Assembly (NCBI GenBank): GCA_013201405.1
Contig: JABMJC010000001.1
Location: forward strand, 13,878 to 77,877
Reading direction: 5' to 3'
From: Desulfobulbaceae bacterium
GTDB lineage: Bacteria; Desulfobacterota; Desulfobulbia; Desulfobulbales; Desulfobulbaceae
DNA length: 64,000 nucleotides
Shown here piece after piece: positions 1-9,289 of the stretch. A program made the position numbers and the translations under genes. The notes beneath the pieces were generated by a model. The model ran no database searches, was not told the DNA's origin, and worked only from the letters and a program-made list of their open reading frames with translations. Numbering within the stretch: position 1 is the first letter of the stretch; each line of letters starts with the position of its first letter.

Positions 1-439
1 CGAGATGGTAGCTGCCCATGACAAAATGGCCCTTGTGCATTGCGCTGCGAAAAAAGTCTTCGTGTTCGATATTCGTAAAAGAACTTGGGGGAGAGGCGGC
101 GAGGATGCGGCCTTCTGTATTGGCCAAGGTCAGGGATGCATAGGCGTTGTTGCTGGCGCGCACCTCGTCGAGCAAAAGCTGACAGGCAGGGGCATCAAGC
201 TGCTGCACCGCATGGGCCTTGGCTAGGGTGGCCAGGAGCAGGCGGGCATTGTCTACTACCCGCTCATGGTGGGCGGCCATAGCCTGGATCTGACGCAGGG
301 CCGAATTCTCGGCGCTGCGGATCATGGCCTCACGCAGGGTATAGCCGGAGAAGAGCAGAATTCCCAGGGCCGGCAGCACGGCTGTCAGCACCAGCACGAT
401 GAGGGAGACGCGGATAGAGGCAAGGGCTGGGAAGCGCAT
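1..439 (-). CDS. Membrane-anchored sensor protein N-terminus (TM helix plus Cache-like periplasmic domain); probable histidine kinase or diguanylate cyclase; truncated at window start
   Basis: Manual translation from ATG 439: MRFPALASIRVSLIVLVLTAVLPALGILLFSGYTLREAMIRSAENSALRQIQAMAAHHERVVDNARLLLATLA..., open to base 1; GGAGG RBS upstream; absent from ORF track because there is no stop in the window. Confidence 0.7.
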   Translation of the reverse strand, partial: MRFPALASIRVSLIVLVLTAVLPALGILLFSGYTLREAMIRSAENSALRQIQAMAAHHERVVDNARLLLATLAKAHAVQQLDAPACQLLLDEVRASNNAYASLTLANTEGRILAASPPSSFTNIEHEDFFRSAMHKGHFVMGSYHL

Positions 440-685
440 GCACCCTCCAAAAAAACGATTGAACCAAGGATGATGATCTAGGGAAAAAAGATACCTGTCT
501 ATGGGCAAGGGTGCAAGGGCTTCTGTAGGGATACCGTCTTTCCGGGCCATTTAAGTGGGAAGCTACAACCATTGCGGTCAACAATGGCGATGCTGCTTAA
601 GAAGGATGCAGCAGGGGAACGGCCCATGTCTGTTGGTGGTCAAGTTAGCGGTATTAGACCTGTTCGCCAGAAAATTGTAACTGAC

Positions 686-1006
686 TTATCCGGAGCGTTT
701 GTCGAGTGCCTCCATGTACTCGTCCCATTCCACTGGCAGAGAGGTTTTTTTTTTGGTGTTGCACTCTTTGCAGCAGGGCACGAGATTATCTTTGGTGCTG
801 CGGCCACCGCGCGCCAGGGGGATGACATGATCCATGCTCAGTTGGGCATAACCCACCTTTTCTCCGCAGTACCAGCAGGTGCCGTTGGCGGTCTTCTGTT
901 GCCACCAGCGGGTTTTGCGCAGCTGTCGGGCCTTGTGGCGTTCCGCCCGAATTGTGGCTTCATCCGGTCCGTGCATCAGGGTCTCTATCTGGTCATCCCT
1001 ACCCAT
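686..1006 (-). CDS. Small HNH endonuclease (McrA-like fold)
   Basis: CWYC...MDHVIPLARGGRSTKDNLVPCCKECN motif; likely start MGRDDQ at 1006 overlapping the folC 3' end. Confidence 0.85.
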   Translation of the reverse strand: MGRDDQIETLMHGPDEATIRAERHKARQLRKTRWWQQKTANGTCWYCGEKVGYAQLSMDHVIPLARGGRSTKDNLVPCCKECNTKKKTSLPVEWDEYMEALDKRSG

Positions 1007-2352
1007 GGGGAGGGCGAAGTTTCCTGTTTTTGGATGAGGTAGTGTCTGGCCCTGCCCACCAGGTGGAGTGAGCCGGCCACGCAAATCAATTCATCTGCTG
1101 TAGCCAGGGCCATGGCTGCCAGCAGGGCCTCCTGCACAGAGGCAATACAGCGGCTTTTTTGACGTTCTTCCTTGCTCATACTCTCCCACAGGGCCTGCGG
1201 TGTGGCGGAACGCTCAAGCTCGGCCTGGGTGAGGATGATATGGGTGGCCATGGTAAAAAGTTTACGGCGGGCCTTTTCCATGTGCTTGTCTGCCATGTTG
1301 CCCCATACTAGGATCATGCGTCCTTTTGTTTCGCGGGCTGCGAGGCTTGTGCACAAGGCCTGTACTCCCGCCTCGTTGTGAGCCCCTTCCAACAGAAAGC
1401 GGCGATGGGTGTTTTGATAAGGCAGCATCAGGTATTCCATGCGACCAGGCCAGTGAACCTTGGCAAGTCCAGCCCGAACGTCTTCGGTTTTGATGGGAAA
1501 ACTGGTGGCAAGCAACTCCAGTGTGGCCAGGGCCAGGCTGGTGTTCACTACTTGGTGCGCCCCTGCCAGGGCAAGGGAAAGATCTGGTCTGTGCGTGCCA
1601 GTAATACCGGTGTAGCTGAGGCAGCCATCCTCGCCCTGGGCAAAAAAATCCCTACCCAGCAGAAACAACCTGCTGTCCAGACGCCTGCAGAAGGAGTCGA
1701 TCACTTCGGTGCCAGCTGCTGTTCGACCGGAAAATATCACTGGAACCCCTGGCTTGATAATCCCCGCTTTTTCCGAGGCAATGGCAGCTATATCCGTTCC
1801 CAGGTATTGTTCGTGATCGCGGCTGATGTCGGTGATCACCGTAACCATGGGGGTGACCACATTGGTGGCATCCAGCCGTCCGCCTAGGCCGGTTTCAAGG
1901 ATGGCCACATCCACGCCCTCTTGAGCAAACCAGGAGAGCGCCAGCAGAGTGGTGCATTCGAAGTAGGTAGGCTGCACGCCGGTACGGGCAAACAGGGCGT
2001 GCAAAAAGTTCATCTGTTTGCGAAACGCCTCTTTGGAGATGGGCGTGCCATTGATGACAAAACGTTCCCGAACCTCACACAGGTGGGGCGATGAATAAAA
2101 ACCCGCGCGGTAGCCGGCCTGGGCCAAGAGGGTGGCCAGGGTTATGCCCACTGAGCCTTTGCCATTGGTGCCGGCAATGTGGATGCAGCGCAGGCGTTGT
2201 TGCGGCTGCCCGAGTTCTTGCAGCAACTGGTGCATGGTGGCCAGCCCCAGTTTGATGCGGAAGAATTGCAGACTGTCCAGATAGGCGCAGGCCTCCTGGT
2301 AGGTACTGAAATGCGCGTTGTTCTTTGCTTCTAGAGTAAGGGTCATGGTCAA
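985..2352 (-). CDS. folC: Bifunctional folylpolyglutamate synthase/dihydrofolate synthase
   Basis: IHIAGTNGKGS, YSSPHL, ETGLGGRLDATN, WPGRME motifs. Confidence 0.95.
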   Translation of the reverse strand: MTMTLTLEAKNNAHFSTYQEACAYLDSLQFFRIKLGLATMHQLLQELGQPQQRLRCIHIAGTNGKGSVGITLATLLAQAGYRAGFYSSPHLCEVRERFVINGTPISKEAFRKQMNFLHALFARTGVQPTYFECTTLLALSWFAQEGVDVAILETGLGGRLDATNVVTPMVTVITDISRDHEQYLGTDIAAIASEKAGIIKPGVPVIFSGRTAAGTEVIDSFCRRLDSRLFLLGRDFFAQGEDGCLSYTGITGTHRPDLSLALAGAHQVVNTSLALATLELLATSFPIKTEDVRAGLAKVHWPGRMEYLMLPYQNTHRRFLLEGAHNEAGVQALCTSLAARETKGRMILVWGNMADKHMEKARRKLFTMATHIILTQAELERSATPQALWESMSKEERQKSRCIASVQEALLAAMALATADELICVAGSLHLVGRARHYLIQKQETSPSPWVGMTR

Positions 2353-4616
2353 GACAAGGGGATGAGGCGGGCATAATCCAGGTGCAGAATTTTACTGCCG
2401 TGGCGGTCAAAGAGCACCTCCACCCGCCTGGGCCCAGACAGGCGGCTCACTGATCCCTGGCCGAAAAAGGCGTGCTCCACCCGCATACCGGGCTGCAAAT
2501 CCTGCACCTTTCCAGGTTGCGGCTGGCCAGTGGCAGGTGACGCGCCATGCGTACCTGCCCCACTGGCACCCTTTGTCCCAGGCTGTGCTGAGACTGTGGA
2601 CTGCGCCTCCCAGGGCCTGGTGGGTGTGCTTGTTGGGGCAGTCTCGTACAGCTCGGGCTTGAGCTCGGCCAAAAAGGGCGACATGCCGGCATAAAAAAAG
2701 CGCCGGTCCGCTCCGATCATCTCCCGGGGATAACTGAGGAAAAGCTGGTTTTTGGCCCGGGTGGCTGCCACATAAAAAAGTCGGCGTTCCTCCTCCCACT
2801 GCTCGCCAGGTACTGCATGTTGGTTGGGGAAACGACCTTCGGCCAGGCCAATGATGAACACCGCCTCCCATTCCAACCCCTTGGCCGAATGGATGGTGGA
2901 GAGCACCAACCGCTGGCCGCTGGCCGAATCAAGCAAAGTTGTGTCTGCCACCTCGGGCGGGTCGAGTGCAGTGTCATCCACAAAGGCGCGCAGATCACCA
3001 TAGCCGCTGATCAGTGCCTTGATCTGCTCCAGGTCGCGGGCGCGCTTGGGATAGTCGTCAAAATAGATTTTTTCAAAGATGGGTTGGTAGTACGTCATGA
3101 CCAGATCCAGTTGCTCGCTGGGTGTGCGACCATCTTCCGCAAGGCTTGCCAAGCAGGTGCACAGCTGGTGCAGTTGGGCCTTCCAGGCAGAGCCAGCTGG
3201 GTAGGCGGCCAGGGCCTCGACGGGTGCATCTGTTTTGCTCAGGGCCTGCATGATTTTTTGGGCGGTCTTGGGTCCAACCCTGTCCAGTTGGAGGAGCAGG
3301 CGGTTCCAGGACAGGTTATCCTGCGGATTGATGGTTACCCGGAAAAAGGAAAGCACATCCTTGATATGGGCAGATTCGGTCAACTTGAGACCGCCGCGTT
3401 TTTCAAAGCCCAGGTTGCGACTGGCCAGTTCGATTTCCAGTTTAAAGGAGTGAAAGGCAGAGCGGAATAGGACTGCAATGTCACTTAAAGCCACACCCTC
3501 TGCATGCAGGCGTGCAATCTGATCAGCTACAAAGCGGGCCTCGGCCCCTTCGTTGCTACAAATGGCCAACTTGGGCGTTAGGCCACCTGCGTTTTCCGTA
3601 AACAGGATCTTGGTAAATTTTTCTTCGGCATGGGCGATGATATTGTTGCTCAAGTCTAAAATGGGTTTGCTGGAGCGATAGTTCTGCTCCAGTTTGATCA
3701 GCCGTGTGCCAGGAAACTCTTCGCCAAAGCGCATGATATTGGCAAAATCCGCACCCCTGAAACTGTAGATGGACTGGGCATCGTCACCCACCACCATGAC
3801 ATTGTCGTGGCAATAGGCCAGCAGGCGCACGATCTCGGCCTGGATGTGGTTAGTGTCTTGGTATTCATCCACCAGAATATGCTGAAAACGGCCAGACAGG
3901 CTTTCCCTGGCCGGCTTAGATTCGTGCAGCAGTCGCTTCCAGTTGAGCAAAAGATCATCATAATCCATCAGGGCATGATCCAGCTTGAACTGGTGGTAGT
4001 GCCCGGCAATGGTGATAAAATCATCCATAAATTCAACCAGGTGCATGTGGCCGCCCAAAACCAGTTCTTCCAGGCTGGCATTCTTGTTCACCGCACCGGA
4101 GATGAGGTTGAGGATCACCCGTTTGGAGGGGAAGCGTTTGCTGGCCCCGCCCATGCCCAGGGAAGACTTGATCAGGTTGATGATGCCCTCTGCATCGGCC
4201 CGGTCGATGATGGTAAATTGCGAGCCAATACCGATGTGGCTGCCATACTGGCGCAAGAGGATGTTGGCGGTGGCGTGGAAGGTGCCACCCATGACCCTGC
4301 GGCAGGCCGAACCGGTAAGCTGTGTTGCCCGCCAAAGCATGTTTTGCGCGGCCCTGCGGGTAAAGGTAAGCAGCAGGATGGATTCCGGATCCACGCCGTT
4401 GGCCACCAAATGCGCCATGCGGTGGACCAGGGTGCGGGTTTTGCCGCTGCCAGCCCCGGCAATGACCAGAATGGGGCCGTTCCCATGGGTGACAGCGGCC
4501 AGCTGCGCCGGATTGAGCCCCTCGAGAAACGGTACGGACGAAAAATCAGCCAGTTGGTGTGCAGTTGGGGTGGCCTGCTCTGTCGAGTTTTTTTGGGTCG
4601 TGTGATGTGCCTGCAT
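2349..4616 (-). CDS. uvrD: ATP-dependent SF1A DNA helicase UvrD/PcrA/Rep
   Basis: AGAGSGKT Walker A, VDEYQDTN, GDDAQSIYSFRGA, TIHSAKGLEW, EERRLFYVAATRA, C-terminal H-FFG-G Tudor-like tail; ATGA overlap with folC. Confidence 0.92.
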   Translation of the reverse strand: MQAHHTTQKNSTEQATPTAHQLADFSSVPFLEGLNPAQLAAVTHGNGPILVIAGAGSGKTRTLVHRMAHLVANGVDPESILLLTFTRRAAQNMLWRATQLTGSACRRVMGGTFHATANILLRQYGSHIGIGSQFTIIDRADAEGIINLIKSSLGMGGASKRFPSKRVILNLISGAVNKNASLEELVLGGHMHLVEFMDDFITIAGHYHQFKLDHALMDYDDLLLNWKRLLHESKPARESLSGRFQHILVDEYQDTNHIQAEIVRLLAYCHDNVMVVGDDAQSIYSFRGADFANIMRFGEEFPGTRLIKLEQNYRSSKPILDLSNNIIAHAEEKFTKILFTENAGGLTPKLAICSNEGAEARFVADQIARLHAEGVALSDIAVLFRSAFHSFKLEIELASRNLGFEKRGGLKLTESAHIKDVLSFFRVTINPQDNLSWNRLLLQLDRVGPKTAQKIMQALSKTDAPVEALAAYPAGSAWKAQLHQLCTCLASLAEDGRTPSEQLDLVMTYYQPIFEKIYFDDYPKRARDLEQIKALISGYGDLRAFVDDTALDPPEVADTTLLDSASGQRLVLSTIHSAKGLEWEAVFIIGLAEGRFPNQHAVPGEQWEEERRLFYVAATRAKNQLFLSYPREMIGADRRFFYAGMSPFLAELKPELYETAPTSTPTRPWEAQSTVSAQPGTKGASGAGTHGASPATGQPQPGKVQDLQPGMRVEHAFFGQGSVSRLSGPRRVEVLFDRHGSKILHLDYARLIPLS

Positions 4617-4703
4617 GGTCCCTTTTCTACCACAGTCCCGTTATCGTGGCAAGGCGCTGTCTGGAGACGACGTGCACACTTCCAGGAAAAAGGGATATGG
4701 CGG

Positions 4704-4733
4704 TTGACAGCAAAGCATCGCTCTAGGTAATGT
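4704..4733 (+). promoter_or_regulatory. Putative sigma70 promoter for the 4801 hypothetical-nagZ operon
   Basis: TTGACA-N18-TAATGT upstream of ATG 4801. Confidence 0.4.
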
Positions 4734-4800
4734 ACGACGTTGTGTACTTGTCGGCCCATCTGCATGCTTGTGCAGTGCCATGTAGTATTGCGGCGACATC

Positions 4801-5250
4801 ATGAACGAATCAACAACTAGTGATATACAAACCATGATCCAGACTATGAACAATCCAGATACTGTTTTCGCAGATCAAAAGGTGCTCGACAACCTCTTTC
4901 CAGCGGAGCGGAGCAACGATTTTTTTGAGGCCCTGTTCGGAGATGCCGAGGAAGGCGCGTACGACATCAGTCTGCGCTATGGCAGCTATGATGCTGCAGG
5001 CGGCACCTTGCGTTTTTACCTGGATCTGCACCAGCGGCCGGGTAAATGTCTGGCCTGCAACCTTACCCATGGTCTGCCCGAGGTGTTCAGCCGCCATCCG
5101 ATCGTTAATATCAAGGGCCTGGCCACAGATGTCACCAAACTCCTGGGGCCGGATGTGCAATGCACCGACTGGAAACTGGGCTCCACCCAGCAGGAGGAGA
5201 GCGCGCGCCACAGTATCCCGCTCACGCTCACCATCGCAAATTCCCAGTGA
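4801..5250 (+). CDS. Conserved hypothetical CxxC protein
   Basis: 149 aa; FFEALFGDAEEGAYDI...QRPGKCLACNLTHGLPEVFSRHP; stop overlaps the GTG of nagZ. Confidence 0.75.
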   Translation: MNESTTSDIQTMIQTMNNPDTVFADQKVLDNLFPAERSNDFFEALFGDAEEGAYDISLRYGSYDAAGGTLRFYLDLHQRPGKCLACNLTHGLPEVFSRHPIVNIKGLATDVTKLLGPDVQCTDWKLGSTQQEESARHSIPLTLTIANSQ

Positions 5251-6335
5251 GTGGCACAGGCAGGGAAGCACCCCTGCCCCTGGGGCAGCTCTTCATGCTC
5301 GGTTTTCGGGGTGAGGAGTTGCACTCCAGCTCTTGGCTGCACCATGCCCTGCGGCACGACAAATTGGGCGGGGTATTGCTTTTTGACCGCAATGTGGATG
5401 GCTCCATCCAAAACATCCGCTCTCCTGCGCAGCTGCGCCGCCTGACCCGTGCCCTGCAGGATGCCGCTGATGGGCAACTGCTCATCGCGGTTGATCAGGA
5501 AGGTGGCAAGGTGTGTCGCTTAAAGGCTGCGGCTGGCTTTCCACCCCTGCCTGCAGCAGCAGATTTGGCGACCCAGGGGATGGAGGCCAGTAAACAGGCG
5601 GCAAACCTGTGTGCAGAGATGCTTGCCCATAACGGCATCAACCTCAATTTTGCACCAGTGCTTGATGTGGACGCCGAGCCGCCCAACCCGGTTTGTCCGG
5701 TTATTGGCGGCTATGGCCGCAGTTTTGGTGCTGATCCCGATGTGGTTACAGAGCATGCCACGGTCTGGGTGAATGCCCATCACGCCCAGGGCATTGCCTG
5801 CTGTCTCAAGCATTTTCCCGGTCATGGCCGCGCCTGTGGCGACACTCACCTTGGTTTTGTCGATGCCAGTTCCACCTGGCAGCCGCTGGAACTGGAACCC
5901 TACCGCCGCCTGATTGGAACTGATGGTACTGGTTTTCAGGATGCGGTCATGAGTGCGCATTTAGTACTGCACCAATTGGATGCAAGCGGCAGGCCTGCCA
6001 CCTTGTCGCAACCGGTGTTGAGTGGGCTCTTACGGCGGGAACTGGGCTTTCAAGGGGTTGTCTGCACCGATGATCTGCAAATGGGGGCCATCCGCCAGCA
6101 CTGGAGTTTTCAAGAGGCCGTGCAGCAGGCTCTGCTTGCCGGAGCAGACATGCTGGTGGTTGGCAACAACCTGGTGGATCAGCCGACAGCTCTGCAGGAA
6201 GGGATAGCCGCCATAGAGGAACTGCTCGCCACAGGGCGCATTGATGAAGAGCGTATCCAGGCATCCCTGGTCCGTCTGCAGGCATTAAAGGCAGGCAGCT
6301 TACAAAAGAGAAACAGCTGCCCGGCCAGCCACTAA
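5247..6335 (+). CDS. nagZ: GH3 beta-N-acetylhexosaminidase (NagZ-like)
   Basis: VDQEGG, NFAPVLD, KHFPGHG, GDTH dyad, TDDLQMGAI; GTG start at 5247 by GTGA overlap. Confidence 0.9.
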   Translation: MSGTGREAPLPLGQLFMLGFRGEELHSSSWLHHALRHDKLGGVLLFDRNVDGSIQNIRSPAQLRRLTRALQDAADGQLLIAVDQEGGKVCRLKAAAGFPPLPAAADLATQGMEASKQAANLCAEMLAHNGINLNFAPVLDVDAEPPNPVCPVIGGYGRSFGADPDVVTEHATVWVNAHHAQGIACCLKHFPGHGRACGDTHLGFVDASSTWQPLELEPYRRLIGTDGTGFQDAVMSAHLVLHQLDASGRPATLSQPVLSGLLRRELGFQGVVCTDDLQMGAIRQHWSFQEAVQQALLAGADMLVVGNNLVDQPTALQEGIAAIEELLATGRIDEERIQASLVRLQALKAGSLQKRNSCPASH

Positions 6336-6468
6336 CTGCTTATTATATCGTCAGATGAGCCCAACCTAGTTTGAGCTGCTCTTGTTATTGAGCCGCATAA
6401 TCGCATGGTGTGGGGCATGGTGCGGGTTAACGAGCTAGATCCGCGTGGGCCGACCAGATGTGCTGTGC

Positions 6469-7731
6469 TCAGCTGATGTGGGGAATGTGGGGAAAGAGGA
6501 GAGCCCAAGCGTTTTCCCCGGCTTCCAGACCTTGGCTGTCGCGGGCAATGGGCAAGAGCCCATTGGCGCGCACCAGCGAGTTGAGCAGGCCCGGTTTGGC
6601 ATGTATTGGTTCGGCACGGGGCGGGCCGCCGTGTTTGGCAGGTAGCAGACGTACCCGCACATAGTCTTCCCGGCCAATGGGCGAGGGAATCTGCCTGGCA
6701 GCGACTACCTCTAAGGGAGTAAGGCCGTGTTGGGCTGCGAGCCCAAGCATACGCCGCAACAGGGGACGGGCAATGAGGTAGAAAACCACCATGGCCGATG
6801 CCGCATGCCCGGGCAGACCAAGGAGGGCCTGGTTGCCCCGCTTGGCGAGGATGGCCGGCTTGCCTGGCCGTGCCGACACACCGTGCACCAGCAGTTCGCT
6901 ATCTGGTAGGGACGAAAAAACACGGCGGGTGAGGTCGCGGTGCCCCATAGAGCTGCCGCCGGAGAGCAGGATCATGTCGGCCCTGTCCAGGGCCTGGTAG
7001 CAGCGGTGCTGCAGGGCGGCTAGGTTGTCTTTACAAATACCCAGAAACTGGGCCATGCCACCGACCTCTTCCACCAATGCCGCCAGGATGGTGGAGTTGA
7101 TGTCGCGAACCTGCCCGCCGGAAGGTGTCTGCTCCACAGGCACCAACTCATCGCCGGTGGAGAGGATGGCCACCTTGGGCCTCTGGTGCACTGCTACTTC
7201 GCGAATGCCAAACCCGGCCAAAAGTCCTAGATCCTGCGGCCGCAACTGATGACCCTTGCTCAGTACCAGGCTATCTTGGCTGTAGTCTTCACCAGCGTGG
7301 ATTATATTGCTGCCCGGCGTCACCGGACGGAAAACCGCCAAGGTATCTGGGCTGTGAAGTTTGGTGTCTTCCTGCATGACCACGGCGTCGGCTCCCCGGG
7401 GTACCTTGCCGCCAGTCCAGATGCGCAGGCACTGGCCAGCTGCCAGGCTCAGGCTGCGACTGCTGCCGCTTTCGCCCATCATGATCTCGCCGCAGAGCTG
7501 CAGAAGCGCTGGTTCGGAATCGGAGCAGCCAGCAATGTCGCAGGCGCGTACGGCAAAGCCGTCCATGATGGAGCGGGCAAAGGGGGGCAGGGCTGCGGGA
7601 CTGTGCACATCCCTGCTGAGCACCCGACCCCGCGCAACTCCCAGGGGCACGTGTTCTTCGGCCAGTGGTGCAAAGGTGGCACAGTGCGCAAGCATCTCCT
7701 GGGCACAGATCAGCTGAAAGAGGTCTTGCAT
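6469..7731 (-). CDS. moeA: Molybdopterin molybdenumtransferase
   Basis: PPFARSIMDGFAV, STGDELV, IRD/INS region, SGGSSMG, PGKP, GLPG motifs. Confidence 0.92.
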   Translation of the reverse strand: MQDLFQLICAQEMLAHCATFAPLAEEHVPLGVARGRVLSRDVHSPAALPPFARSIMDGFAVRACDIAGCSDSEPALLQLCGEIMMGESGSSRSLSLAAGQCLRIWTGGKVPRGADAVVMQEDTKLHSPDTLAVFRPVTPGSNIIHAGEDYSQDSLVLSKGHQLRPQDLGLLAGFGIREVAVHQRPKVAILSTGDELVPVEQTPSGGQVRDINSTILAALVEEVGGMAQFLGICKDNLAALQHRCYQALDRADMILLSGGSSMGHRDLTRRVFSSLPDSELLVHGVSARPGKPAILAKRGNQALLGLPGHAASAMVVFYLIARPLLRRMLGLAAQHGLTPLEVVAARQIPSPIGREDYVRVRLLPAKHGGPPRAEPIHAKPGLLNSLVRANGLLPIARDSQGLEAGENAWALLFPHIPHIS

Positions 7732-7802
7732 GGCTGTTTGCCCATCTTAAAATATGAGGTGCAACGCACCACCCGGTTACAGGTCCCTTGCCATGCCACC
7801 AA

Positions 7803-9227
7803 CTATACTGCGCTCTCCTCCCGCAGCCAGCCATCCACATCGTTGGCCACGATCACCCCATAGTTGATGGCCCCGAGCCAGCCACTCATGATGATCCCCA
7901 CCGAACCCACATGGAAAACCCCCGGTGCCTCCTTGTGCAGGCTGCGGGAGATATCGAGCCCTTCGAACTTGGTGCCAAAGGAACTGCCCTTGCGGTGCAG
8001 GGTGTAGCGTTTAAAGGTACGTGGGGTGGCACTTTCGATTACGTCGATTTTGCTGCGCACCCCTGGCAGGTAACGCTCCAGATCGCAGAGACAGCGCTCC
8101 ACCATCTGCTCTTTTTCCTCTGCGTATTCCTGGCTGTCCAGCCCGGCCCAGTCATCGTAATTGGCGTTCATAGAGGCAACGATGGTGTAGTCTGGCGGTG
8201 CCTGCGGCCGGATTTTGGGGTAGTAGATGCTGAAGGTACGGCTCTTGGTGCGCATGTCGCGCAGGGCTTCAGAGGTGAATTCCTTTTCGGTTGAAGTGAA
8301 GAGTAAGTCGCCGATATCAGGAATGCTTTCGCCCTTGCGGATGCCGAAATACACTTGGCAACTGGAGTTGTTGATCCGTACCCCGGCAAAACGGTCGCGA
8401 AAATCTGGAGTAAAGGCGGCCTGACCCACGAGATTGTCCACGGTATTGACGATCCCGGCGTTGGAAATTACGGCCCGCGCCGGAATAAAACCGCTGTGTG
8501 TACCGCTGACCTCCACCCCCTTGGCCTGGCCCTTTTCCAGAACAATGCGTTTCACCCGGGTGCTGGTGCGGATATCCACGCCCTGCTGACGCAGTTCATG
8601 CTCCATCAGGGCAATGAGTCGGTCAGTGCCACCTTCAAAGGTGAACACACCCCGGTTCATGAAGTTAGAAAAAACAATGCCATAGGTAATGGCCGGTTCA
8701 TCTAAAGTGGAGCCGTTGGCATAGCTGATGGGCTCCAGTAGCAGGCGATGGATATCACTACGACCAGGAAAGAAGCGGGCAAAGAGATCGCGGGTGCGCA
8801 GGCGCTGATCGTCGTAAAAATTCATCCCTTCGATGGTGGTGAAAAATTCGCGCACCACGGCTTCGCTCACCCCAAAACGCTCCTGCAGCAGGCGGATGAA
8901 ATCATCCTTACTGAAGGTGGTGGTCAGCGAGAACTGGGGATTGTCAAAGACGATATTTTTCAGTTGGACAATGGAGTTCTGAATGGTTCTGCCCCAGTAT
9001 TTCCTGCAGGTTTTCACCATGCCGTAGGGGAAACCGTGCAGGGAGACATCAAAGATGTGGTTACCACGTTTGAACCAGGTGGCAAGTCCCCCCAGTTGGA
9101 AGTGCTGCTCTAAAAGAAGGACTTGGTGACCGGCGTCGGCCAGGCGTTTGGCGCAGGTGAGCCCACCCAGGCCAGAGCCAATCACAATGGCGTCGTAGTT
9201 GTTTTTCAAGGAAGATGAAGAGGTCAT
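7803..9227 (-). CDS. CrtI/RetSat-like FAD-dependent oxidoreductase (copy B)
   Basis: IVIGSGLGGL Rossmann motif, EQH..LGG, FDVSLHGFP, ATPRTFKRYT, GSSFG; start 9227 or 9248. Confidence 0.85.
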   Translation of the reverse strand: MTSSSSLKNNYDAIVIGSGLGGLTCAKRLADAGHQVLLLEQHFQLGGLATWFKRGNHIFDVSLHGFPYGMVKTCRKYWGRTIQNSIVQLKNIVFDNPQFSLTTTFSKDDFIRLLQERFGVSEAVVREFFTTIEGMNFYDDQRLRTRDLFARFFPGRSDIHRLLLEPISYANGSTLDEPAITYGIVFSNFMNRGVFTFEGGTDRLIALMEHELRQQGVDIRTSTRVKRIVLEKGQAKGVEVSGTHSGFIPARAVISNAGIVNTVDNLVGQAAFTPDFRDRFAGVRINNSSCQVYFGIRKGESIPDIGDLLFTSTEKEFTSEALRDMRTKSRTFSIYYPKIRPQAPPDYTIVASMNANYDDWAGLDSQEYAEEKEQMVERCLCDLERYLPGVRSKIDVIESATPRTFKRYTLHRKGSSFGTKFEGLDISRSLHKEAPGVFHVGSVGIIMSGWLGAINYGVIVANDVDGWLREESAV

Positions 9228-9289
9228 GCGATGATGTGGTGGTACCATGCCGTCACAGGCCTTGGCGCCTGGTGCGGATGGATCTTTGT

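Noticed and set aside
440-685. Riboswitch in the leader of the sensor gene
   Set aside because: No recognisable c-di-GMP or other aptamer consensus by eye; an Rfam scan would be needed
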